Of a stretch of 64,000 nt of DNA, positions 37,001-49,000 are shown in pieces. The stretch comes from Eutreptiella sp. 'Long Island Sound 2002'. Lineage: Eukaryota; Protista; Euglenida. The position numbers and the translations under genes are program-made. The notes beneath the pieces were generated by a model. The model ran no database searches. It had not been told where the DNA came from and saw only the letters and a list, made by a program, of their open reading frames with translations. The stretch is from assembly GCA_964036045.1 (NCBI GenBank), contig OZ038379.1:4340001-4404000 (forward strand). The letters run 5' to 3'. Numbering within the stretch: the first letter of the stretch is position 1; each line of letters begins with the position of its first letter.

Positions 37001-40000
37001 GTCCTGTGGAGGGCGGCTCCGGTGCCGGCTCACATCTGCGGGTGTCGGCCCCCGCGGCGGCGCCCAACCGATCGCCCCGGCAGATGAAGGGCGCCAACGG
37101 CGAGAGTCTGTCGGTGATCGTGCAGCTCGAGGAGACCCTGAGGCAGGTCATCCTCCGCCCCGTGTCCTGCCCCCTGAGTCCTCTGTCCTCTGAGTCCCCG
37201 TCCACTACATCCCCCCGCCCCGCCACACACCGCGCCCCTGAGAACGGACCTCGACCAACGAGCAGGTCGTGCAAGGCAACAGATAGAGGATAGGAAGGAT
37301 GAGGATAGGAAGGACATCCCCAATTGTCTCGGCCTTGCCCCCCTTGGGATTGAAGGAAGTGCAGGAAGTGAAGCGGTCCCAATTCCAACCGCCTCCTTTT
37401 CCGCCTCCTTTTCGCGCCCCTTTGGCACAGCCTTTCGGCGACGCACGAAATCCAGCTCTCTTAAGAGCTGATCTAACATGGCACTGAACACCGTTTGAGG
37501 GTTTATGGACGTTCAGGGCGGTGTGGCATGCCCCCACTCCTCGTAACCACCAGCCTGCACACCTCAGCACGAAAATACTGTAATTCCGACACCCGTCCCC
37601 CCTTCATGTTCCTTGGGTTCTGCCGTGCCGCCCCGATCGTCCTGGGCAAAGTGTGTCGGGGGTTGGTGGAGCGGGGGTGAGGGCCCAGAAGACCACAGGC
37701 AAAAGCCAACAACACTGCTCCTTCCCAGTTCGCTGACATCGCCATCCCGGTGCGTCTGGCTCTACTGGATTCTGGCCGTCTTGGCGCCAATGTGGTGGCT
37801 TTCGGACGTCCAAGTTGTTTGGGCCAGAAAGTCAAGGATGAATTGCTCTTATGGCGGGAGGGTGGAAGCTCCACGAAGTTTGCTTGGGTAATGTGTAGTG
37901 CAAACCGGTATGCTCTGCTTGAGTTCAACTGCCCCAACACCGGTTTCCACCGCCAGTACCCGCCCCGACCACTACGACCCGCTTGTGGGAGTGAACCCTT
38001 GCCCGCGTTCGAGAGCCCACGCACTGGCACTGCGCATGACCCCTGATCCTCGGCTGCACAGATGATTGCTCAAGGGGAGGCCCCGACGGACGCAGAACCA
38101 GAGGTCGTGGTGGATCCACAACAGGGTCTTGTCAACCCGGAGCTCGCGCCCGTCATCAACCGAATGGACTGGCGAAGTATCTGCCACCGCCGCCCACTTT
38201 GCCCCTCCGTGTGCGATGCCTCTGTCTGCGCGTGTACCCGGTGCATCCGAACTGATGTCACAGGACCTTCCAAAGCCGTGCGCTGTGGTTTTCACTGCAG
38301 TCGCTATCATCACATGCCCCTTTGTGTGCCTGTCCCCCAAAGCGGGCCAATGGGGCTTTGTGTGTTTGTGTGGTCTACTTTTTGGTGTGATTGTTAGCAT
38401 TCTTCTTCTTCAACTTCTGATTGCTTTTGCGACTCTTGTTGTTCTGCTTCTTATTTTCCGGCTTCTGCCTCATGTTCGTATTGTGCTCACTCTTTCTCTT
38501 TCTCTCACCAAAGAGGCGACGTAAAGTCGTCCTGATCCTCCTTGTCCTCCCCCTCGAACTCCTGTTTCTTGTCTTTTCAAGTGCCCAGAATATTACATTT
38601 TTGGGGATTTGATGTAGCAATGCTGTGTTGGACACATCCATGCCCGTGTCTTGGCGCTCTGGCGCTAAGCGACACGTAGAATGCGTGTTTGCCTTGAGTT
38701 TTGTTTACCGATCGAGTCGCTGTGACAAGGCAGGATGGTTTGAGACGCATGGTCGAAAAGGCTGAAAATCTTGGACTGTTGCGGCTTGCTTGTTGCTGGT
38801 TGCTTGTCGCTCGTCGCTGTGGGTTGCCGCTTGCCGCTTGCCAGTTGCTGTTATTTGGTGCCAGTTGCTGTGAGGCAGTTGCTGGGTGCTGGTTGCTGGG
38901 TCCTGGGAGCCAGTTGTTGGGGTTCCCCAGTAAAGGCCCTCTGCACTGGGACACCCTCTGCTCACACCCACAGCCTTTCCCCAGTGCGCCCTTGGTACTG
39001 GCACATCGCCTGCTCACCTCCACAGCCCTTTCCTAGCATCGACCCTTGGCATCGGGGTATCCAAACCCCCTAGCCCCACGGCAACAGCCCTTCAGTACAG
39101 AGAGCGAGCGGGTGGGAGAACAGGTGCAAGACGGGGGCCCAAAAACAGGCACAGGAGCAGAAAGGATGGAAAGGAGAGGGGCAAGGGCAAAACGAGGGTA
39201 GAGGTGGATGCAGGGTTTGCTGATTGCTGATTGCTAGTGCCATTCGCTGTTGCCTGATTGCTAGTGCCATTTGCTGTTGCCGATTCCTGGCTGCTTGTTG
39301 CAGGGTGCTAGGTGCTGGTCGTTGATTGCTGCTGGCTGCCCGGTGCTGGTGACAACTTCCTCATTTGTTCAGGGCTCAAAGGCTGCGACGTTGCATCAGC
39401 CAACGGGCTCATGGATCTGCTGAAAGACTGTTATCAAGAGGCGCCAAGGGCAGAGCCCGTCGTGCCCTCCCGCCGCCGTTCTTCGTTTCTAGAGCACCTT
39501 CGTCGCCTCAGCGCAGCCTCCACTGAGCGTCGCCGGAGCTCCGGGTACTGTGCTGCCCCCGACCACCAGTGGTACGGTAGGCTGCAGTCACTGAACCCCC
39601 CCCCCCCCCCCGGCCTCTGCGCTCACCAGTGAAGCTTCTACTTTCTCCCAGAGAGGGGAATGGATGAAAGGGGCAGGAGGCTGCAATCGTGGTGGCAACG
39701 TGCACCACGGGGACATGATCTCAGCAACGATGAAAACAACAGAGATTCCGAACGAAAGGGGGAGAACTTTTTTGTTGCTTCAAGGCTCAGTTTGACGATC
39801 CCAAGGCTGCATTTCGGCAAGGTGGCAACGTGTACAAGGGGGGCAATATCTCAGGAACGATGGCCGTGGCTGAAGCTGGGGCAAGGGTGATCTGGCACTC
39901 CCATCGGGGACACCCGTCGCAAAGTCTGCCTGAACCTGAAGTGACGACACCCGTCCGCAGCAGATTTTTCATTTCTTTTTTTTCATTTTCCCTTGGGTCC

Positions 40001-43000
40001 TAGAAAGTGGAAATGATGGTAACAACTCCTAACATCCCCCCGGTTTGGGACGGCAGGGCAGGGCATCGTTCTCAGCATTCCTGCGTAGTATAGTGGTGAG
40101 TATACCCGGTGTTGGCTCGGGAGACCAGGATTCGATTCCCTGCGCGAGTAAAGATAACCTTTTCTCTGCCCGTTTTGTTTATTGGTCCCTGAAACAACAA
40201 GGGGCGTCTTTTTGAAAGAGGGTCTCATGACTCTTTTTGACGGGAATGGCCTGTGTAACGGTGCGGACGGGTGTCGTCACTTCAGGTTCAGGCAGACTTT
40301 GCGACGGGTGTCCCCGATGGGAGTGCCAGATCACCCTTGCCCCAGCTTCAGCCTACACACCGTTACACAGGCCATTCCCGTCAAAAAGAGTCATGAGACC
40401 CTCTTTCAAAAAGACGCCCCTTGTTGTTTCAGGGACCAATAAACAAAACGGGCAGAGAAAAGGTTATCTTTACTCGCGCAGGGAATCGAATCCTGGTCTC
40501 CCGAGCCAACACCGGGTATACTCACCACTATACTACGCAGGAATGCTGAGAACGATGCCCTGCCCTGCCGTCCCAAACCGGGGGGATGTTAGGAGTTGTT
40601 ACCATCATTCCCACTTTCTAGGACCCAAGGGAAAATGAAAAAAAAGAAATGAAAAATCTGCTGCGGACGGGTGTCGTCACTTCAGGTTCAGGCAAGTGCA
40701 GAGGTTAGCACTCCCGGTGTTGGCCCGGGCAACCAGGCTTCGAATCCCTGCGCGGGGGAGGATACCTTTTTCTCTGCCCGTTTTGTTTATTGGTCCCTGA
40801 AACAACAAGGGGCGTCTTTTTGAAAGAGGGTCTCATGACTCTTTTTGACGGGAATGGCCTGTGTAACGGTGTGTAGTGGTAGCACACAGCTTCCTAACGA
40901 TGCAGCCCGGGTTTACCTGCCAACCGTGGCTGAAGCTGGGGCAAGGGTGATCTGGCACTCCCATCGGGGACACCCGTCGCAAAGTCTGCCTGAACCTGAA
41001 GTGACGACACCCGTCCGCAGCAGATTTTTCATTTCTTTTTTTTCATTTTCCCTTGGGTCCTAGAAAGTGGAAATGATGGTAACAACTCCTAACATCCCCC
41101 CGGTTTGGGACGGCAGGGCAGGGCATCGTTCTCAGCATTCCTGCGTAGTATAGTGGTGAGTATACCCGGTGTTGGCTCGGTAGACCAGGGTTCGATTCCC
41201 TGCGCGAGTAAAGATAACCTTTTCTCTGCCCGTTTTGTTTATTGGTCCCTGAACACAAGGAACAAATACTTGGACTTCACAGGACATAGCACCAAGCTGA
41301 CAAAGAAAACGCTCAGGCGCTTTGGTTTCCTTCTCCAGACATTGTAGAGCAACACGCCGAGGGTACTGCCCTGGCGTCGCACTCAAGCCCCTCACGTCAT
41401 GTGCACACACCCTCTCGGTGCGGGTGGTTTGCAGGGGGAGGGCGTGCGGGGCAGTGATAGGGCAAAGGTAGGGGGGGGTGCTGAGGCTGCGGTGGGAGGC
41501 AGGAGTGCAGTGACGGGGCTGTTGAGCAGGGTGAGGGCTGCAGGAGGGAGGGAGTGGTTGGAAGGGTGCCATTGGGTTGTGCAGCGGTTGTCTCACCGGT
41601 TGGAGGATACTCTGGGCTACAGCCCGAGTTCCCAGTTATGCTCTTTCTCAGACTGCCCTTTGGCAAGCACTCTGTCAAGCATATCCCCGCCCAAACGCAG
41701 CCTCTTCCCTCTGCAGTGGCAGTTGGGGGGCAGGACAACCGTTCTGTGCAATGAAGACAAAAAGATGCCCCAACTTCCACCAACGCCACCCACACCACTT
41801 CCTCCTCCCTGCACTGCCGCACCCCCTGGCCTAGGCAGACCCCATGCACCACATGCCCTCCGTCCAGGCAGGGCGGCAGAGGGTATTGGGGCAGATCCGG
41901 GCGCCCGGGGTTCAAGGAGCAGCCTGGCCACGACACATGCTTCACAATGTGTCGGTGGAGGATTGTGAGCGGTCATAAAGTTGAGAACATCGGGTTTTGA
42001 AATCGTTTTTTTTTTTTTGCACGTTTCGTTTTCGGAGCGGTTGGGACTGAAAGTAGCGTGAGCTATGTGGACCCTATTCAGATGCAAACAGTGATTTCTG
42101 GTAGTTCAAAGGGGGCCGTGGCCTATGCCCAACGCCCCCGGGAGAAACTGTAACCCCCTGCCCCCCGTTGTCTCTCCTCCCCACTCGTTTTTGAGGTGTC
42201 GTGCCTTTGGTCTTCAGTGGGTGCAATCCAGTAGCTCTTGGTGGGTGGCTGTGTTGAACAGGACAAGTCCACCAAAGGTTCCGCCTGCACCTTCGCTTTG
42301 CTCACCTTCAGCCGTGCCCATTCGGGTGGCGTGCTCCCTTCACAGGTTCAATGACGATAAGGAGATCGCATCGCCCCTGGAGACCGTGAACACGTCACTA
42401 CTACGGCGGCTGTCGCCCTTCAGCCATAATCAACCGAGCAAGACTTGGGAGGACTACGTGAGGCACTACTACTCGAACACTCATGAGGTCGGTGGCACTG
42501 GCGCTGTGAAGTGGGCAACCCCCCCGCCACCCCCCGGCCCCTGTGTTGCATTCCCCACATCATTTGTGGTGATGGGCACCCTCCGAACTGCGAATGACTG
42601 AGTGTGTGACGTATTGCCGGCGCCTGGAATCAAACGGCTGCGAGCACTGAGCACTGCCATTCCAGTTTTTCAAAGGAACCACAACCAGACAGTTTCAAAG
42701 CTTTAGGACGTCAGGGGGTGGCACAGACCCGGAAGGCGCGGCATTGCACTTGCTGCAACCAGCGGCCACCCAGACCCGATTTGGGGGGGGGGAGGGTTGC
42801 TCTGTCAACCCACTTCCCAATCCTTCATCAGCCCTGCCCCACTCATACCCCTGAACATCCTGACAAGACTGCCCGATCCCTCCAGCCTAAGCCCTCTACG
42901 ACCCACCGGTTGCTCCCTGTGCAAGCGCCGATGTGGATTTTCCAGCTGCCTTGCTTGCCCACAAAAGGCGCGCCCCAGAACCAGCACCAGTTCCTTGATG

Positions 43001-46000
43001 AACACTCGTACCTTCTGCGACTGGGCACACCTACGCAGCCTCTGCGCCCCCCCCGCCCCCCCTCCGCGCCTGTGACGCGCAGCAGCCAATTGACGGCGCC
43101 GAACAACGGCAGTCGGTCAGTCACCCGCACTACTGCCCATGGCCTGCTAACGAGCAGCACTTACCTCACAGCAGTCGGTGCTGCCCATCCACCCGAGTTC
43201 CCCATTGACCGCCAGCGGTTGGCGGGTGACCGCCAGAGGGCAATCCCTGAAAATTTGGCCATAGAACCAGGAGAACAACGCTCCGCGTCCCCGTCCACAG
43301 CCGTGGACGTCGCACGGGGCGCGTAGAGGGGGATGCGAAAGGGGTACATGTACCCCAATGCACAAATGCCATGAAACATGACCCTCCACTTGGGCCCATC
43401 CCCCCGCCAGAACCATCCCCTCCGCCCGGCATGCGCACGTTGGGTACCAAAGGGGCACAGCGCATGGGGGGTGGGGGGGGGGGGTCCATCCCACGCGTAG
43501 GAGACAACACTGCTGCCCCCGCCCCCCCCCCAATGGGCGCAGGGTTCGGGGCTGGAGGGGGCTTTGCCATTAAGACTCAAAAGTGTGCCGGTCGGTCCGC
43601 AATGGCTCGGATTTTCAAGAGTTCATTGTGCGACATCTTTGGGCGAGGCGTACGGGAACCGGTTTTCGTGTCCCGTGTTGAGGACCGTCCCGGCCCCGTC
43701 TCTGCGCAGGTGTGCTCGGTGTTGGCCGACCTGCTCATGAGCAAGAGCATGGTCCCGATGGTGATCTCGCAGCTGCCGTACCTCGTGGAGCTGCTGTCGG
43801 CGGACTTTCTGCCGCAGTTGTACCACGTCAATGTTCTGCGGTATCGCCCCCTTGCCCCGGGCCAGTGACACCCGCGTCGGGGGGTTTGTGATGCACGCAC
43901 CATGACCCAGGCTGCGGGGGGCGATGCGACACAATGCACCCGAGGATGGCGCCTCTGGTCCAGCAGAGCACGCGACATGCTTTTTGCCCACTCTCAGGGA
44001 CCTGATTCGATTCCCCATCTGCCACCACTCATCACCGCCGACGTTGCAGGGCTTCAGAGGGTGAAGGTTGCCAAGATCCTGTGCCTCTGGGTCTGCATTT
44101 ATTTTCATGGCACTGGACCGATTCGTACAAGTGGCACACAGTTCAGCCGAGCAGACGCTGAATGTCGCCAGAGAGGGCAGTGTTCTCGCAGTGATCTTCA
44201 CATGCAGAGACCTTTTGGCCACCCCTCGGGATTGTAACAGGAAACTGCCACACTTGATTGAAGGGTGTGAGTCGTTTGGCCAAATCACACCCGTTCATGA
44301 TTTCGCGGACTGGCTGAGTGCAGATGCGTGTGGCGATTTTTGTTGAATAACAACACCGTTGTTACGAATGATGACATTATCATTGCTTTTCAACCCCGTC
44401 AAACTTGACACGGGGTTCAACAGTAGGACAATGCTACACCTGATACAACAGCAACCGTGTACTTCCCCATGGCTGCAAGTGGTCCTAACCCCCTGACGTG
44501 GCGATGAGCGCCTGATAAACAAAAAGGCATACCTACGGCAGACTACCCTGCCCTTGTGTTGCCACCAAGTGGGCTTTCGGAGGTGACTGAAGAACCCCCC
44601 CCCCCCCCACCCTCTAATTTGAGGGTGGGGAACCAAAAGAAAAACGCGTTTTAGAAGGCATTAGATGGGTGGGGTTGGGTATTGGGCCCACCAAGGGGTA
44701 GGAAGGGCTGAAAATAGGGCATGGCATCGCTGCTGACATGATCTCCACAAAAGTACCAAAAGCCACCAACCCTCAAAACCAGTCACCGTGGCCGTACATA
44801 CACCCCTGCAAAATGAAATGTGACTATTTTGTGCATCTCTCTTCACTGTTATGGTGGGAAATGCAGTGTTCAGAATGCAATGTGCTCTTTTCGTTGTATA
44901 TGACCCAAATTTGAGCTATTTTTGGTACTTCTGTCAAGATTCTGTTAGCAGTGATGTCATACCACACAGCCCATCCTACCCTGGGTGGGCCCCAAACCAG
45001 TGTGCTGCTGTGGCACCCCAAGCGAAGTCACCACTTGACAGTGCCACATTGAAACACCAAGTGGCACAAGGGGGGGGGGGGGGGGCACAGCGGTCGCCGG
45101 CAGCTGAAGATGTGCGACTCCTCCGTCACCGTGCGCGCCATGCAGGCCTCGTGCAGGCACCACCCCGGAGCACTCAAGGGTGGGCAGCAAACAGTTTGCG
45201 TGCAGACCTGACATTTTGCGCGCAGATTCCCGTTGCCAAGATCCTCCACATCACACGGTCCCTGACGGCATTGTTTATGGCCCCCAGAGAGTGTGTGCAA
45301 GAGCATTGGGAAGGATGTCTGCAGTGGTTTGTGCAGGGGTGTCTGTTGGTGCGCACGTGTACACCGCGTGCAGGAGGCGCACCCCCCCGGTCTGTTGCTC
45401 ATTGATCACGAACGGCAGCAAACAGTTTGCGTGCAGACCTGTCATTTTGCACGCAGATTCCCGTTGCCCAGATGCCCTGCGTTGCACGGTCCCCAGTCAG
45501 GGGCTACTTGTTGCGGCAGAGTGCCTGTTGCATTACCGAGAGGCCGTGCGGACAATCTCCACCTTCTTCCTCCGGAGCGTCTGCGACATCTGTACACTGT
45601 TCCCCGTGTAGCCCGGGGGGCCATGCCATCTCCCCTGCCGCCGCTGCTGCTCCAGGTTCCTGTGCGCTGTCCTGGACCATGCCACTGCGGAAGGCAATGC
45701 CTCCCGTGACCGGTGGCAGATATGTCTGCACAAGTGCGGGCTGACCTCGCTGCTGCTGAAGCTGTGCTCCTCCGAGGACGTGGAGATCAAGGTGGCGGCA
45801 CTGAAATGCGGAGTGGCCATGCTCCAAGGGGCCCAGAAAGAGATTCAGGCAGGTATGCCAGGCATTGTGTGTGGGGGGGGGGGGGGGGCAGGGTGCTCCC
45901 GGGCCCTGTGGTGGTCAAGCGGTGCCGGGCGTCAGCCCTCCTCTTGAGCCCTTGGGGAATTGCAGGGTCTTTCCATTGCGAGCAGGGGAGGGTGAACAAG

Positions 46001-49000
46001 GGACCCAAAATAAGGTGGACAAGGGGGGTGAGAGGGCCAGTGTTGCCCGTGTCATGGACCAGGCCACTCAGCTCTGTGTGGCGATCACAATGGAACACCT
46101 CATCTTTGTGTGCAACCAGGGCTTTTCATGGGTTCGTGGCTCGAATAATCACGAATTACCACGAATTTCGGCCATTTTCAAAACCACGAATAGCGCGAAC
46201 GAGATTTTTCATTCATGAATAATCACGAATCTATTTTTGCTGGTTCCTTGTTTGTTTAGGCTCGTCCATGTCTGGTTCTGAATCTGATGCATAGAATGCC
46301 CCTGAGCACACCCCTACTGATGCAACTGATGCTACGGTTGTCAGGACTGTTGTAGCTGTTGCTAGCACACGTAAGAAACCCATACAAAAAAGCCACAGCG
46401 GCGTGGCGGTAACATGGCGGCTGCAGAACGGGCGGCACAGTTTCCTGACGACATGATCACCCAGGGCAATGATCTGCTTTGTAAGTGTTGCTGGGCAGTG
46501 GTGGAGTGGGAGGAAACGTTGCATGCATGTCTGTATGAATGCCTTTTTTTGCTGATCAGCTGGCAGCATTGGCTGCACCCCTTAGGTGGCCCATCAGGAT
46601 AAGACATTGCACCCACGGGTTGACGAAGCACTGCACTTGATTGAAGACAGTGACTGCAGGGCTCAGGCATGGATCATGTGTGGGGTGCACTTTTCCAAAC
46701 AAATGGGGGTCTGAACCTGAGCAAACTTGACCCCCGTCACTGAATCCCAAGGGTTGTGCAACCCCCCCCCCCCCCCCAACTCAGGTTGGTGCCGAAGGCT
46801 TGCCAATTTTTGGTAAAAGAAGACCACAAATAATCACGAATAATCACGAATGAGATTGCCCGTTCACCACCACGAACCCACGAAAATCCCTGGTGTACCA
46901 CGCGCGGGCCTGGGCCGTACGACGCTGAGGGTCGCCACCCGCACCCAACTTGATGCTCGGCACGAAGCTAGTGCCACTTCCCATGTCACAAACTGCAGAC
47001 CCAATGCCACGGTGTTTGTTGGCCATGGATTGCAGACACATTCAGATGCCTCAACCAGTGATTTGGAACTGGCGGGAGCAGGCCGCAGCAGGGGCAGGGG
47101 CAGGGGCAGGGGCAGAGGCAGAGGCAGGCCCTTTCAGTGGTCCCCCTTCTACATTGACCTTCACCACGTGGTGCCACCTCCTCCGGTCTGCACAGGGGTC
47201 AAGCACGTGGACGACAGCTTTTATGTCGTGTGCCGACGAATGTTGCGCACTTTTAAGCGGCAGTTCATCCAAAAGCGGAAGCTCCTGAAGTCCGAGGGAA
47301 TCACGACTGCGGCGACCATTTCTGAAGACCTGAAGGCAGTGCTAAAGGAGGTACTCCTGCGGACGCGTCCATTGCGTGGGAATGCCCGCCGAGAGGGAAG
47401 CGGTCACATCGGGAATGGCGAGCAAACACGGCCGATGATCAAAAAGGCCCATCTTCTCAAACAAGGCCATCCATGAGTACTGCCATGACCACCACCGTGA
47501 GGGATTTTCCATTCATGAATAATCACGAATCTATTTTTGCTGGTTCCTTGTTTGTTTAGGCTCGTCCATGTCTGGTTCTGAATCTGATGCATAGAATGCC
47601 CCTGAGCACACCCCTACTGATGCAACTGATGCTACGGTTGTCAGGACTGTTGTAGCTGTTGCTAGCACATGCAGGGGATGAGCTCGTATACTCATCAAGG
47701 CGATATGTTCTTATGCACACTGAGGGGATTCTCCAGGGGTTGGCGAGGAAGGGTGGGAGTACGGAGGGATGGCATGGGGTGGTGGTGTTGAGTGACCGTA
47801 CAGAGCGATGGCCGAGTGCCGATACCGATCGATGATGAGTGTCTGCGGGTCATCCTCAGTACCCACGGGGCTATACTCAGTACTGCCCCCATTCGGATAG
47901 CACCGTCTCCAAGAGGGGGGGGGGGGGCTCATCCCCACGTGCTTGACAGTGCCCATCCGATTGGGCTGGTGGAAGGTGGAGGGGCTCTACCGGCCCCAGG
48001 ACGCGATGTCGCTCCCCCCCTCCCCTAAAAGGGGGCCTCTGGCCAACAGTTAGTTTTAGGTGGGGGGGATTGCATCATAGCTGATGCGGCCCCCCGGTGC
48101 CCTCAACAGTGTTGAGGCGTGGCCCCCAAAACGTGCCCCGAGGGGTGGCGGGGGGGGCGAGCTTGCCTTGGACTGAAGAGGGGACCAGCGGGGCTGTCAG
48201 GTGCGGGGTGCAGGTCGTGTGGGGAGCCCTTCAGGGGCTTTACTGGATGTGTCCTTTGGCAGGTACATGGCGGCACGGACTGGGGCGAATCAAGCCCCCC
48301 GCCCCCCCCCTCCCCCTTCATGCCCACCCCAGGGGTGGATATAATAGTGATGGCATTCCCAAGGTGGGGGTGGGGGGTGGGGGGGGCTACTGAGCCAGGA
48401 GGCGGTGATGACAAGAATGACGATTACGATTGCTCCTTTTTCACTGTACAGGCACGTAAGCGCAAGACACGTAGTGACAAGGGCAGTGTGAAGTAATGAT
48501 TGGACTGTGTGGACTGTCTTCATGGGATGCACCAATCTCTGTGCAATGGATTGTCGTGTACTGCCCACTAAGAGATTGGCTCAGCGGTGCAGTGGTATAT
48601 GCACAGGTTTATGAACTGAGGGTCGTCGGTTCAAATCGAGGCAGCACTATGTTGTGGCGCTTTTTTGCCATCAGCCCTCTGGCAAAACTGCTGGTTCAGC
48701 CAAACGGGTCAATCGTAATCGCAATCGTCATCGGAGGCGGGGGGGAGGGGGGGGCAGCCCCCCCCCCCCCCCTACTATATCCACCCTGGCCCACCTACCC
48801 ATCCGGGTAGAGGATTCCCCCCTCAAAAGGTGCACGCGAAGTACCAAATGGCATACCCCTTCAGCCTCTATGCCCCCCCCCCGCCCCATGCCTCTACGGC
48901 ATACCTCCCCTCATGCACAGCCCATGGTCGAGCCTGTCACCCCCCCCCCCCCCTCCCTCATGCACAGTGCCGTCTCGCGTTGCGCACCGCTTTTGTAGAT

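Larger units (their letters stand above)
39865..41252. repeat. Direct-inverted-direct array of a unit containing tRNA-like sequences
   Basis: 39865-40262 (+), 40263-40351 (reverse of 39870-39958), 40352-40694 (reverse), 40703-41252 (+); copies nearly identical. Confidence 0.92.

Noticed and set aside
40079-40150. Functional tRNA-Gln(TTG) or tRNA-Asp gene
   Set aside because: No U33, mismatched acceptor stem, and an Asp-type body with a non-Asp loop; treated as a tRNA-derived repeat.
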